A stretch of 64,000 nucleotides of DNA from the NCBI RefSeq assembly GCF_006345805.1, contig NC_043008.1:1302001-1366000 (forward strand), read 5' to 3'. Below are positions 1 through 13,834 of this stretch, in pieces (position 1 is the first letter of the stretch; every line of letters begins with the position of its first letter). The notes below the pieces were generated by a model, which was not told the origin of the DNA, made no database searches, and saw nothing but the letters and a program-made list of their open reading frames with translations. The position numbers were made by a program, and so were the translations under genes. The DNA comes from Octopus sinensis. Lineage: Eukaryota.

Positions 1-217
1 GCAAGGTGCTGGGAAATTGTTGGCTTTGAGCGTATCACGAAACACCCGGTGAGAGTCCAAACCTCCTCTGTGTTCTTTTATAGTCGTTAGAACAGCAGAA
101 GCACTGCTGCAATGTGTGTGTGAATCTAAGAGGGGGAGATGTTGAATAAAATCGAAATTAATTCATCTTCCTGTATTCTCTTTTACCCAAAGCCAGGAAC
201 TCTTCATCACCGTCTCG
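1..217 (+). mobile_element. mariner-derived MITE-like element (transposase C-terminus between degenerate TIRs)
   Basis: Bases 102-149 translate to HCCNVCVNLRGGDVE*, resembling the mariner C-terminal motif RWxKCVxxxGxYVE*. Imperfect inverted ends GGTGCTGGGAAATTGTTGGCTTT (5-27) and the reverse complement GGTGATGAAGAGTTCCTGGCTTT near 189-211; TA at 218-219. Confidence 0.55.
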
Positions 218-1508
218 TAATGTAGTCTTCGATATCTTTTGTAATTAAAATTAGTATGTCTGCAGCTTAGACGCTTTTTCATTTGCATGATGTACAGTTC
301 GGCTTTCTTTTGTATTTTATGCGGTAGTTAATAGAGAATCTTTTCAATTTTTTGTTACATCTTTATTAATGATTTTTTTCATACTTCTGTGTTTACTACA
401 TTTAAGATATTGGTGCTCAAATATAAAACAAAATATTTAGGTCACATTTGAAATCACGATAAATATTTTAAATATTTTCTTTCACGTCATTCGTCGATCG
501 TTAATTCATTGAAATTTCACAACATTTACATGCATCACGATTCATATTATACTTTAATTCATGCGAATATTCAATTTGTTTCTTCAATGAATTATTCTAG
601 CGAAACATTTTACATTGAGTTCAACAAATATTTATTTGCCGGACATATCTCCATCAAATTTAGATATAAAGCATTTTATCCATAATTCCCATGTCACCCT
701 TGTTCAGGCAGTGTTATGACTACACTTTGTAATTGAATAAAAGGTGTCCTTAAATGCTTTCAGACAACCGAATATGTTTTGGGTGGAATTTATCAGCAAC
801 TGCAAGCAGCTCAGAGATGACAGTATAAAATCCACGGTATGCTTCCGCGTACATTTCCTAAATATATATTTATACAGTAATTGTAAAAGCTACGTCGCTG
901 TGCTTTTAAAATAATCTTAGGACGGTACTTTCAATTCTATTTTATGTATTAATATTATCGTACAGAGAAATCCTACAACAATGATATCTAGTGCATGTAC
1001 AACACGGAAATGCTTCCCATTGGTCGAAATATAAATTGATAATTAAAAAGCAATATTGTTACCATTTCTTAGAAATAATACCCAAAAAGTAACAGAAACT
1101 TGTTCAATTTACTTTTAGAATACGAATAACGTTATTCATTATTCCACTCCTTGGGTGATATCAAGACTCTTTGGGAATATTTGCAATATTTGTTCCAGTC
1201 ATGTTGATATTTGTTTGAAACACACCGACATGTACATATACATGTATATATATATAATTAATCAATATAGGGTAGCAAAAAATTCAGCAGAAATTATTTG
1301 CCACCAGCGGTCTAGTGGGAAAAAGGAAATAGTCAAAGACTATTAATAAATTCAACAGCGAAATTAAGGAACGGCCATAATAGGCCGTTCAACCCACTAG
1401 AAATAGCAGCTAAGGCTTCAACCGCAAAAAAGTATTAATTCCGTAAACAAGGAGAAAATTTAAAAAACATTTACCCATTTACCCTTAATTTTGTTGTTAA
1501 TTTTGCTG

Positions 1509-1530
1509 TATATATATATATATATATAAG

Positions 1531-1605
<75 letters not shown>
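1509..1605. repeat. compound (TA)n(CA)n(TA)n microsatellite
   Basis: Directly visible; source of spurious ORF 1460-1645. Confidence 0.95.
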
Positions 1606-1606
<1 letters not shown>

Positions 1607-1744
1607 GGCAAAATTAATATGGTTCACAAAAGTGTCAGAGGGCACTGACTAGATTTTGCTAAAGTTACGTGTTACAATATCTCAACAGCCACAAAATCAT
1701 TGTCTAAATGACTGACAAAGGGACATGAGACCCCATCGTACATA

Positions 1745-1800
1745 GCTAATTCATGATTTCGGATTTTCATGTAGAACCTCTTTTAATCCTCATCAGCGTC
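1745..1800 (-). ncRNA. decayed minimal type I hammerhead motif
   Basis: Minus strand reads CTGATGA (1796-1790), stem II GGATT/AATCC, GAAA (1760-1757), then palindromic TCATGA. Stem I does not pair. Confidence 0.4.
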
Positions 1801-2244
1801 TCTTAAAGCCTACAGTTGAATTCAGCTGCCTCTGTCAGTCGTGTAGGAAAAACCGTACAATAATGTGTTCTGATTTTCAAAACGGCAAAAGTGTAAACAA
1901 CAAATAAAAACAATTCAAAGGTGTTCCTTATTTGTCAGTAGCCTCTGTGACCTCTATTAATTTTGCCTTTCGTTTCTAATTACTAATAAGCCACTCTCTT
2001 TAGTTTAATTTTAATTAATTGCTTACACTTTTTAGCGTTTTATTTTCAATAGTTTTTTTTTATTAGACTGACAACGGTGGATGGGTTTAACCCTAGGCGT
2101 TAAGAGCCGCCGATGAGAATGAAGATGGTCTACATCAAAATCAGAAAGAGTTATTTTGACTCTTATTTTCAACAAAACTTGTGGCAGTCAGAACAGCTCC
2201 CTCTGTCCCTTTTGTGATCTCCACGGATGTGGACACTGATATAT

Positions 2245-2990
2245 ATATCGACAGGAAGAGGGTTTAGCTATGGATTCGCCATTATCACCGATAATAACCA
2301 ATATATAAATGGAATAATTTGAGAATTTGGCTTTAGGATCAACACTACTAAAACCAAACCTATGGCTGCGATATGTTGATGACACCTTCATACTCTGGCC
2401 GCATAAGGAAGATGTCCAAGTGCTGATAGATTACATGGACTCAATAAATACATCCATACAGTTCACAATATAGAAGAAAAAGACAATCAGCTAGCATTTC
2501 TGGACGTACTAATAACACGCACCAAATATGGATTCAGGACATCTGTATACCGCCAGCCGACCTTCACTGGACGATACCTCAACTTCAACTCCCACTATCC
2601 ATACAGTGTAAAGAGAGCGATTACTCAGTGCCTAAAACATCGACCAACGAATATAAGTAGCGATCGTGATATCCACCACTAAGAAATAATCAAACTCAGT
2701 AACAATCTATTAAGGACCAACTATACCAAAATCATACTCTCCACTCCAATTATGAAGAAGAGAGAGGATGAAACTGATAAACTGTCCACGGTGTGTCTAC
2801 CCTATGTGAAAAGCCTCTCCGAAAAGATACGAAAGATATGCAGCCCAGATGACTTCAGGACGGTATTCAAGAGTAGTACAACACTGCGCAAATATCTACT
2901 TCGATAAAACAACCAATAGAAGAGAATATGACAAAGACTGCGTGTACTCCATCCTATGCACCTGCGGTAGGTTATACAAAGTCGAATCTA
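2245..2990 (+). mobile_element. Penelope-like element fragment (Penelope/Poseidon-type RT C-terminal half, thumb and start of GIY-YIG), pseudogenised
   Basis: Manual translation across stops and frameshifts gives YRQEEGLAMDSPLSPIITNI*ME*FENLAL, WLRYVDDTFILWPH, NQLAFLDVLITR, YRQPTFTGRYLNFNSHYPYSVKRA, VCLPYVKSLSEKIRKI and CVYSILCTCGRLYK. These match PLE GxAMGSPLSP, WxRYVDDTF, YRKPTxTxRYLxFxSHHP and VYxIxCxCGxxYxG motifs. Confidence 0.9.
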
Positions 2991-3438
2991 TAATCTTAGG
3001 TCTAACGAATATTTAAAAATTCTTTAATTTATCATTTATATCGCTTTTATATCCTGGGATAGAACGTGTATTACATGAACTATGCGAGGTAAATGAATCA
3101 ATATTCAGCAGCTATTGGTATATATTAAATAGTGCAGTATATTAACTTAAGCCATATAATATAATGAGAATTAAACATACTAACAGAATACACTATGGGT
3201 TTATTACTAGGTCTTGTGGACAGATGAGTGGCGTTGCTTTCAAGATTTAATAATGAAACCTAATAATGGAAGTTTATGAAAGAATTTCAAATCAACTTAT
3301 AATAATTTCTGTAATTCACAGCATCAACGCATGTAATCTGTGATAATTAAACGGTGCAGTTTGAAACAATTCTAGTTCAAAAGGAGGCAACACTAATCGC
3401 ATATTGAAAACTCACAGACATACACACACACACATGTA

Positions 3439-3484
<46 letters not shown>

Positions 3485-3510
3485 CACGTATACATATATA
3501 TATATACATA

Positions 3511-3542
<32 letters not shown>

Positions 3543-3546
<4 letters not shown>

Positions 3547-4440
3547 AGTAATAAGAGAGAGACCACATGTGGTCACTCTAACGCTAGAAATAGATCCGCA
3601 AAGGGAATTCACCACTAAAGAATTGTTCTCAAGCATTAATTCAACACGCCAAGAATGTAAGCGGGCAGGACAAATGAAAAATAACGAAAAAATAGATTAA
3701 CTCTATACAATTGTTTCATCGTTAATAGATTGTGTAATTTTACTTACATAATCATTTTCGAATCCTCAGTAGAGTATATTAAAAATATAATTTGCTGAAC
3801 CGAACGCCAAGATCCATACGAAGCCGAGCAAAGAGTGACCACATGTGGTCACTCTAACGCTAGAAATAGATCCTCAAAGGGAATCCACCACTAAAGAATT
3901 GTTCTCAAGCATTAATTCAACACGCCAAGAATGTAAGCGGGCAGGACAAATGAAAAATAACGATCTATTTCTAGCGTTAGAGTGACCACATGTGGTCTCA
4001 CTCTTATTACTTGTATTAATAATTTTTACTGTATCCCAGTTTTTTTTGCTAGGCCACTTTGTGTTCTAAATTGATGTTATTAATTAATATTCAATTTTTT
4101 TCACCCTTTTTGTGATTTTAATTATAAATTAATATGTTCTTAAACCAGCAGTAAATTACTGAGGTAGTATTTACATCCGGTATTTTCAACGCGCCGAGAA
4201 TGAGGATATTTGAACGTAACTGCAAATATTATCGGCTGTGCCGTTCGCCTTTGCTTGGCTTCGTATGGATTTTGGCGTTCGGTTCAGCAAATTATATTTT
4301 TGATATATCTATTTCTAGCGTTAGAGTGACCACCTGTGGTATCTCACTTATTACTTGTATTAATAATTTTTACTGCATCCTAGTTTTTTCGCTAGGCCAC
4401 TTGGTGTTCTAAATGTGTGTTATTATGATTAATTAACCGT
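3543..4440. repeat. (TA)n-flanked mosaic of direct and inverted repeats with a 24-bp perfect palindrome
   Basis: Direct repeat about 3557-3688 / 3833-3962; direct repeat about 3964-4090 / 4309-4435 (its first part is the reverse complement of 3543-3595); inverted pair about 3775-3832 / 4250-4308; palindrome AGAGTGACCACATGTGGTCACTCT at 3832-3855. Confidence 0.85.
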
Positions 4441-4474
4441 CTTGTCAATTTATTGTTCACCTTAATTGTGATTG

Positions 4475-4537
<63 letters not shown>

Positions 4538-4925
4538 CATATCTATACATACACACACATAAATATGTATGCAGCAATTTCAAGTATAACTAGCCGAAAT
4601 TGCAAAGATAATCTGGTACTCGACTGAGGAAAGAATACTCCGCATGACCCATCCTTGTTTGCTTTGTATCGTCTACCTGGTATTTTGCCTTCTTGTCCCA
4701 TTATTGTAATTTTTATATATAATATATAGCGTCGTACGTACACTTTCGTCCTTATATGCAATTATATATATATATACATAAACACATATACACAAACGCA
4801 TGCATATATATAATATATATATTATATACATATATATATATATATATAAATATATATGTATATATATATATATATTATATATAAATATATATATATATAT
4901 AATATATATGTAAATATATATGTAT

Positions 4926-4957
<32 letters not shown>

Positions 4958-4983
4958 GATATATATATATATATATATATATA

Positions 4984-5205
4984 TTAGGGGTCATCCCATA
5001 AATAATGTGTTTTTTATACTTCTAATTTGGAAAATTTGTATGAACAAAATCCTTTTTTACGCTAAAATATACTCTCCTTCAATTTCTACAATTCATTTCC
5101 ATGTATCTTGTAGGCTTCTAAAATTCACTTGTCCGTGAATAAAAGTACACCCCCAGTACCTCGTCTACAGAATTGATATTTCTTTTCGTCGAAATGATTT
5201 TGAAG
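4984..5205 (-). mobile_element. mariner 3' end fragment with TIR
   Basis: The end TTAGGGGTCATCCCATAAATA resembles the TIRs of the 44401-45284 element. The minus strand translates to LQNHFDEKK...LKESIF*, a decayed mariner C-terminus. Confidence 0.65.
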
Positions 5206-5702
5206 ACAGCAGAATAAATGAGAACACAAATTGCTTCGGAGACATGAGTAGAATTTCCGACTAATTTTAGGTCGCTAATAATGAACATCATGGTTAAATA
5301 TATTTGTTAGCTCCGCTTTTGAAGATACACAAACGGATACAACGGACTACACTATAATCATCCCAGTAATTCACATTGCTATCGTAATCTACACGTAAAT
5401 TATGGAAACGCGCGTAGCAACAAAATATATGTTTGTAAATCCCATCTAAGGATTATTGTTATTGTTACTATATTTATCCGAAATTATATCGGTGCAGCTC
5501 GATGCAACACCCAAATACTGGCTCACCAGTCAGCATCACCAGACCGTGGTCGGCATCTTGGTATAGGAGCTTTATTTGCATATTCAATACGTCTCCCGTA
5601 AAGAAATTATATATAAATATATATATATATATATGCGCCTCCATATATATATATATATATATATATTATTATATATATATATATATATATATATGCGCCT
5701 CC

Positions 5703-5744
<42 letters not shown>

Positions 5745-6047
5745 GGAGGCGCAATGGCCCAGTGGTTAGGGCAGCGGACTCGCAGTCGTAGGATCGCGGT
5801 TTCGATTCCCAAACCGGGCGTTGTGTGTTTATTATTGAGCGAAAACACCTAAAAGCTCCACGAAGCTCCGGCAGGGGGTGCTGATCCCTGCTGTACTCTT
5901 TCACCACTCTTTCTCTCTTTCTTCTGTTGGCCTGCTCGCTTAGCCAGCGGGGTGGCGTCGTTCGAAGGCTAAAACAATGCGAACGCATTGTGACCAGCGA
6001 TGTGTAGCAACATCTGATGGTCTGGTCGGTCACGTGATCACGTGATA
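5745..6047 (+). mobile_element. tRNA-derived SINE (family A, GGAGGCGCAATGGCCCAGTGG head)
   Basis: A-box TGGCCCAGTGG, B-box GGTTTCGATTCCC; head and core shared with the copy at 17211-17586; bordered by (TA)n. Confidence 0.85.
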
Positions 6048-6109
6048 TTATATATATATGTAGTTAGATAGATAGATAGATACATCCTCACGTACCCCAT
6101 ACGCACATG

Positions 6110-6164
<55 letters not shown>

Positions 6165-7414
6165 TGTGTGTGTGTGTGTGTATAATACATATGCAGATAA
6201 ATACACATATATATGCGTTGTATGTACATGCACACACATGCATATACAAACACACACACATATGTATATAAGCACATCCAAATGAACACATCTTTTTACT
6301 CAGCCCAATAATCGTACCATAACTTAATACGCCCGATCATATTTTAAAACCAATATTTATAAATTACCTCCATAGATCTGGTGATCTGACAGGGAACTGA
6401 TTCCATTAATTTTTAAAGAATTTTAGCATAGGATAAACAAATATCTTTTGTGAAACAAATACCGTTACATCGTGCGTTAGAGAAATTCTTTGGCAAAATA
6501 TTTCATGCCGTTCTCTGAGGACATACAAAAAATGAAAAAAAACTCAAATGTCCAACTGTAAATGGATGGAAATGACAGGACTACACGACCTTTAAGAGCA
6601 CTTTAGTGGCTCTAGCATCAAAAGTAAAAATGTTTTAAGTTGAATGAACCTTTTCCTGTCATCTTGTATCACGTTGGAAAACAACACTGCAATTCGATGT
6701 CAGCTTTAGCTGCAGTAAAACCAGTGACACTGACGAACGTTACAGATGCTGCAACTAGCAACCGCCTCAGCAATAAAATCAATAATAACAATAACAACAA
6801 ACACCAACACCGCCAATACCACTACCACCACCAACACCACCTCCTCCTCCTCCAACACAACATCAACAACGGCAATGATAATAATACTAATATAATCACT
6901 ACAAGAATTATAATTGATTATTTCTTCAGAATATACATATATTTTATTATTAAGACCATTTTTTTTAGATTATATATTCTTTCAAAAAGCTGTACTGCCA
7001 GGCTCAGTTCTCGACTTTATTCAATGCACTTTTTCCCTCTATTTTCAATATATTATGTAGGATGAACAGAGAAATGAATGCGAGGAATTTCTATGAAGGA
7101 ATTGTTTTATAATGGATGGTAATGGAGTGCTATTATTGACAGTTGAGATATGTTTGTGTAGGCATTAATGGTAATTCTTCCATATTACTCAGAATTGTCA
7201 ATTTGTTTGTCCTCGTATTCGTGTTCTGCCCGTAAGCGATTTTCTGTTCTACAATATCTCAATGCTAAGAGATAGCTATGCTTCTCATTAAACAAGTATC
7301 ATTGGTTTCGTATGAAAAGAGAAAGCAAAACAAGAGAGAAACAAAACAAGAATTAGGAGACGGTGATTGCTGTACAGTGAATATACGAGAAATATAAATT
7401 GAAGAAAGAGAGTA

Positions 7415-7454
<40 letters not shown>

Positions 7455-7668
7455 AGAGATATTGTTTGAGTGAAAGAACAGAAAAATACATGGAAATAGA
7501 GAGTGTGTTTATGGCTATGGGAATTATGTAAAATGACAGACCATCTATCTGAAGGGAACTTGTATACATATTTCTGAGGTGAAAAATTCTTCGTACATTT
7601 ACAAATCTCTATTGGCAGAAACACATTTACATTCACACACATATAGGAACAAAGCTACACACAAGCAA

Positions 7669-7707
<39 letters not shown>

Positions 7708-7918
7708 CACGCGTACACACACAATCAGACGGACACAAAAAACACATACATAAGGAGAAACGAAAGGAATGGAAATAAGCCTGAATAGACGCCTTATTAC
7801 AAGTGTGTTCTTAAATGAGCATATATAAGCACACTTGAGATTCGCGTGCACATACACAATCATATAAGCATATATACATAAAAACATATACGTTTATTCA
7901 TGTCTATATTTTAGCACT

Positions 7919-7983
<65 letters not shown>

Positions 7984-10541
7984 TTAGTTTATAGATCCAA
8001 TATATATAGAATCAACAAATATGTACTTTATCACTCCCATCACATATGCTGCCCCATATATGAGTCTAGGTGTAATTACGCTACCATATTTGGTATTCTT
8101 ACGATGCAGCTTAAACGTGAAAAGAACTTATTTCTAAATGGACATATTTATTCAAAATGTCAAACACGGAAGATGTGTTATTTTGCTAAAATTTCATTGA
8201 ATTAATCGCACAAGCAGAATGTACAGATGCAAGTATATTTGCACATGGATATGTGAGAGAGGAATGAAGAGAGACTCGTTTGTTGAAACTGTACAGTGTG
8301 GTTAGAATAAAGTAAACGAAAACCATTCACTAAGTATTTCCTGCTGCAAATTATCCTACACGGATAGTCATACAATATTTAAAAAAAATGAGGTAGCTGA
8401 TATGCGTGTGCGTGTGTGTGTTGATAAATACACAAAGGACACATTAAACGGCTTTACGTATTATTTTGACTGTTTTTTACAACTACTCGTAGTAAATGAA
8501 TGACAAATTTATTTAGGCCCAGTCTTTAATCCAAAATCTTGTTAATTTGTTTATATAATGGTTTGTATTGATGAGAATAAACTTCAAATTTTAGATATCA
8601 ATGCGTATCAATATGTATATACGGTATTTCATGCACATCCATGCGTATATACGCATGTGTATTTATGAAATGTTGTTTAGGGCGTGATAGTTCCATTATT
8701 GTTATAAATATTAGAAGACGGACCAAATTAATGCTGTTGAATAAAGAAATATCAATGGCGAGAAAAAATCAACAACGCACGTGTTCCAATGAAGAATGTT
8801 CTTGCAGTGTGTTAAAGATAACAAAAATAACAAAAAAACTAATAAAATGAATGAAGAAAATTGGAAATTCATTCGCTAATTCCACGGGAGTGCCAAGTGC
8901 AGAGAATACTTTTGTGGCATGTTAAGTGAATGTTTGTGAAGTTAACGTGGTTAAACAAATGTTTTGTGTATGAAACAGCTGTAGCAAACAAATGGAGCGA
9001 TTAATGGAGTCTCAGTCGTGACATGCCTGAGTATATGTCTTCGTTATCAAAGAAAAGAGTTTTATGCCGGAATATGATGATTTGGTTGTTAATTCTAGCA
9101 TTTTATATTTAGCCCTGTGCTGATGATATAAGCACCTGAAGATATACTATGTGACCTGTGAGGTAATTAAATATCAAATTCTGGAAGATCAAGGAGCCTT
9201 GCGAAATCTAATTTTACTCGTATCCTAATGAATATTTGGCCAAGTGTTAATGAATTGTTTTCTATATCATAATCCACGACAAAATGATTAAAGAAATATC
9301 GAATACAATATACAGTGTGAATTTAGCAATATGCTTCTCACTTTGTTAAATTAGAGGAAAAACTGACAATGAGACGAAATCCCGTGGACAGATTCATGAA
9401 TTAAGCCGATAAGAAAACGCGTTAGCCCCTAAAATACAACGCAGAGAAATAAAAACTCCATTAGCAGTTTCGTAGAATGTGGGTTTTTACACTGATTCCC
9501 TGATGGATTAAGGAGAAATCAGTACATATAATATAGATGACACATTTCAGAGCCTTCGAAACTAAATTGGAAGAAATTCCAAGAGGGCAAAAATGTAACT
9601 CAGATGCAAGGTATATGAATTCCAAGATCTAGAGGTAACACTTGGAGGCACAAATCGAACCAGTGATTTTGATTTTAATTCGGTTTTGTATTTGGTTCGA
9701 CAACATTTTTTATATGAATTCGTGAGTTGAAACAAATCCAGTTGGATCTTGGAAGGGCGATTTTGCCATTGAAAACAACACACAAACTGGTACAATACCA
9801 CTTTTTTTTTTGTTAGAGAATTCGTTAACTACCTTACCAACTAACTCAACTACTGTTTGCTTAAAGCGCTGGTTAAACAATCAGGTGATGGTTAGTCTTG
9901 ATTGTTTGATAGCTTAACCAGCACGCCAAGGAAACTATAGCTTACTTAATTGGTTATACATACAAACAATCAATACTAAACCAGAGCTTGTACTATTATT
10001 ATTGCCGTAATCACAAACACACTGGTTTCTTACAAAATAGAGACAGTCACTCAGTATCTATGCGGCGACTGAAAAATACAGGAAAGACAAACAATCCATC
10101 AGGTTAGTAAGATACCATGGCATAAAGATATCCTTCTATACACATAGTAACTAAGGCGTGATGGAATATGAGATATCACGAAATCACTATATCCCATAGT
10201 GATATCTGTCGTATCTGCGGTCGATTCAAACTCACGTCCCACAAGATATAGTTTATAATACACACACACACACATACGTTAATTATATGCTTAGACATAG
10301 CGGGGGTAATAACTTGGAGTAGAACTCAATATACATAAGGTCAAGAAGAAAATGTTAGAAGTGTATGGCATAGTAATATGTTTGTATACATATATATGCA
10401 TTTATATATACATATTTTATATATAAATTTTGCCGAGGTTGCATATTTAGGAAACGTAAATACGGACACTGGTTGTCTAGAGATGTTGGGGGACAGACAT
10501 AGTCACTGTGATACACACAAACAGTCACTCATATAATATAT

Positions 10542-10580
<39 letters not shown>

Positions 10581-10583
<3 letters not shown>

Positions 10584-10695
10584 TGTTTTTTTTCAGTTCC
10601 TGCTTACCAAATTCAAAAACGTTTCATTGGAGCCGAGGTAATAATAGAAGACATTGGTGGTTGGGAAGCAAGCTTCTTGCAACACAGCCAAGTCT
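10581..10695 (-). mobile_element. SINE family C head fragment with internal deletion
   Basis: Reverse complement TGGCTGTGTTGCAAGAAGCTTGCTTCCCAACCAC...TCTTCTATTATTACCTCGG matches the heads at 20067 and 59358. Confidence 0.6.
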
Positions 10696-11491
10696 ACATA
10701 TGTGCGTACGCGCCGGGCCTTTGTGTGTGATATTGCTGTGATATTGCGCCGGGCTTTTGTGCGTGTGTGTGAGCGCGTATATGTGTGATATATTCCATGT
10801 GCGTATATAATATATCGTATAGAACAAGCATCCAGATTCTATTATTCAATGCCAACATGAATTTTTTGTGGCTGGGTGGAATTTTTCAGATCCTTTTCCA
10901 TAAAATGTGAACACAAGTCATTTTGCTTCGTATTCTGAAAACTTCTCAGTATGGATACCGCCAAAGATCATGAGGATAATTCTTCCATTTGTGTTCCTAT
11001 ATAAGTGTGTAACATTCTTATTGATAGCTTTATCTGCATGTGTTTACTTCATTTTATGCATATATATATATTTATTTATGATCATAATAATAAAGGGAAA
11101 TGCGAGCAGAGCTATTTATACACACAGAAATGAAGCAATTACGACATAGATAATATTGGTCATTTCATTATTATAGTTTTTTTCCGTTTTATGTAGTTTT
11201 CTCTAACATATATGACTGTAGTTCTGGATTCAGAAATGGTTTAACATCATACGGAAATGGAGTACAATATTTAATCCAGGCTTACACGAGAGGGAACTGT
11301 TTCCCGTCATTTCTTACTATATCAGTTGATGGCGGTGACTTAGCATTTGATTTATATCTAGATATCCGGACATTGATAAAATGTATACACATTCGGCATA
11401 ATGTGAAGTTAACTCAATTGTGTATAACATACCAACTAAAACGAATAAGATTGTATGATAGCATTTTCTGATATAGACACTAACACAAATT

Positions 11492-11783
<292 letters not shown>

Positions 11784-13360
11784 CGTGATCCAGTGACTGA
11801 ATTCAGTGAAGAGAGAAAAAAGTGTATGTACATTTGAATGTATAAACTCTGATAGTGATGCATATATAATCCATGTCATTTATATCCATATTAGGAAATG
11901 CAATATACTTATTAGATTCCTACGAAAATATAATCAGATACGGCAGGCCGGGACCTGACAAAACACTTTAGAAACGAAATATTCTCTATCACTGCGAATC
12001 TAATATTTCAATATATCTCAGGTTGTGTTATATTACAGCATAATCCAATTAGCTTATGAAGAGAAACATAGTTTCACTTCTACTCCTTGTATATAAAGCA
12101 TGCTGATATGAGCAATGATACAAAATCGTTGCTGCTTTTACTGTTTCCGTTCTCGCTGCTTATCTTCGAATATTTCCCATAGCTGCTTCCAGATTTATTA
12201 TTTATTTATGGACTCAAATCTAATTTTTCAAATGGAGGGATATTTCCATTCCTTTTTCTTTTTTCTGGTAGAAAAAAATATTTATTTTATTGACAAACCA
12301 ACGAAGGAACTTCTGCCCCAAGCTAAGTAAAAATTCCTTGGGATGATTGAAAGAAAGGGAGCAAAATGTAATTAATTACAGAGATTTGTCTAATTACATT
12401 ATTTCTTTTTTTTGTTCTTTATATACTTTACTTGGTCCAGTTATTGTGCCCCGGACACAATAGGGAACTGCCATCAAGATTTTAGAGACTGGAATCCACA
12501 ACAGAACTTAATTCAATATATGGTACTCAGTCTATTTTTATCCATGCCAAACCGCGAGCATTTCATTAAGGACGAAGCACAAAAAGAAGAATATTAGTTA
12601 TCAAGTGATGAGAGACGGGCACGAACACACATGCAGACATATATATTTGTGCGTATGTGTGTGTATACATGCATGTTTAACCTGCATACATAGGTACATA
12701 TAAAGAAATGCATCATGCACACATGTATGTTTCCACACATTTTGTGCCTATGAAATTCTTGGAAAATGCAAAGAGGATCCATATCTATATTCTAAGTCTT
12801 TTGCTTCATTTTCTGCACAGTACAATTGAAACCAAAATCGCGAGTAAACACGCTGGTGATGTTTATCTAGTCTTTTACTATCATTGTTTTTATAATTACA
12901 TTTGCTTTGACACTATTAGGCAATTTTTATCTTTTATTTTTGAGAACACTGCATTAGAATTTTGATATATTCTTTACTAAATTCTAAAGGAATAATTTTG
13001 TTGGTTACATTTGTTCTTAAACTCTCATTACAATGATATCTATTCCATGTTTATTAATCTTGAGTTGTCTGTTTTGTAATATTTTATCGCAGACAGAAAG
13101 AAATACAAAGAATTGAAAATTATGTACAAACAAGAAACATCCATGTTATATGGCAACAAATTCAGGATGATGTATTTCGAGAAATGTCTACGAGTATTCA
13201 ATAGATAACACCTCAGATTCAAGACGCGTTTAAATCTGGCTAAATCACGATATGAACCATGATACATAACTGAACGTAGTCCCATCCCTTTATATTATGT
13301 ACTGTATTGGGAATTACATTTTATATAAAATTAACCCTGGAATTAGCCGAGCAAGGAATA

Positions 13361-13407
13361 CCTACTGATGATTCTACGGAAATAGCCAAAACTGATCGGT
13401 CAGTATG
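13361..13407 (+). ncRNA. decayed hammerhead-like motif
   Basis: CTGATGA (13365-71), weak stem II TTCTA/TAGCC, AAAA in place of GAAA, near-palindromic ACTGATCGGT stem III, GTC at 13399-13401. Stem I does not pair. Confidence 0.3.
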
Positions 13408-13526
13408 AGAAGTTCTCAATCGATGCTTTAGCCGATTGTAGACCCCATCAGCATATATGTATGAGATTATGTGCTTTAACAGAGCGCTTTTTTCTAACAT
13501 ACACACGCACACACAAACACACACAG

Positions 13527-13589
<63 letters not shown>

Positions 13590-13653
13590 CGTGTGTGGCC
13601 ACGACACACATGTTTTTCTTTCCCTCATACTCTCCTAGTTTCTTTCTGTGTTC

Positions 13654-13689
13654 CTTTCTGTGGAAGAGCGTAGGCTCGAAACGTAGAAG
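13654..13689 (+). ncRNA. ultra-minimal hammerhead-like motif with variant core (CUGUGGAA)
   Basis: Stem I CTTT/GAAG, core CTGTGGA+A, stem II GAGC-GTAG-GCTC, GAAAC-GTA. Lies in a short element between (TG)n and (TA)n arrays. Confidence 0.5.
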
Positions 13690-13779
13690 CCTTTTGCAAT
13701 TCCAGAGCGTTATACTAATACGTCTGTTTGTTTTCTACACAACCTGTCTTCGTCTTTTGTTTATTTCGTGAATTCTCCC

Positions 13780-13834
<55 letters not shown>

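Noticed and set aside
128-146. AAGAGGGGGAGATGTTG resembling an LTR polypurine tract plus TG
   Set aside because: Better explained as the last codons of a mariner transposase (LRGGDVE*); no LTR pair seen.
5405-5420. GAAACGCGCGTAGCAA, and similar GAAA-palindrome-GTA strings at about 8972, 16415 and 32795
   Set aside because: No upstream CUGANGA or stem II, so they cannot be called hammerheads.
5745-5820. tRNA gene candidates at SINE heads (also 31737, 58676, 59358)
   Set aside because: A/B boxes are present but there is no complete cloverleaf, and each continues into multicopy SINE body.
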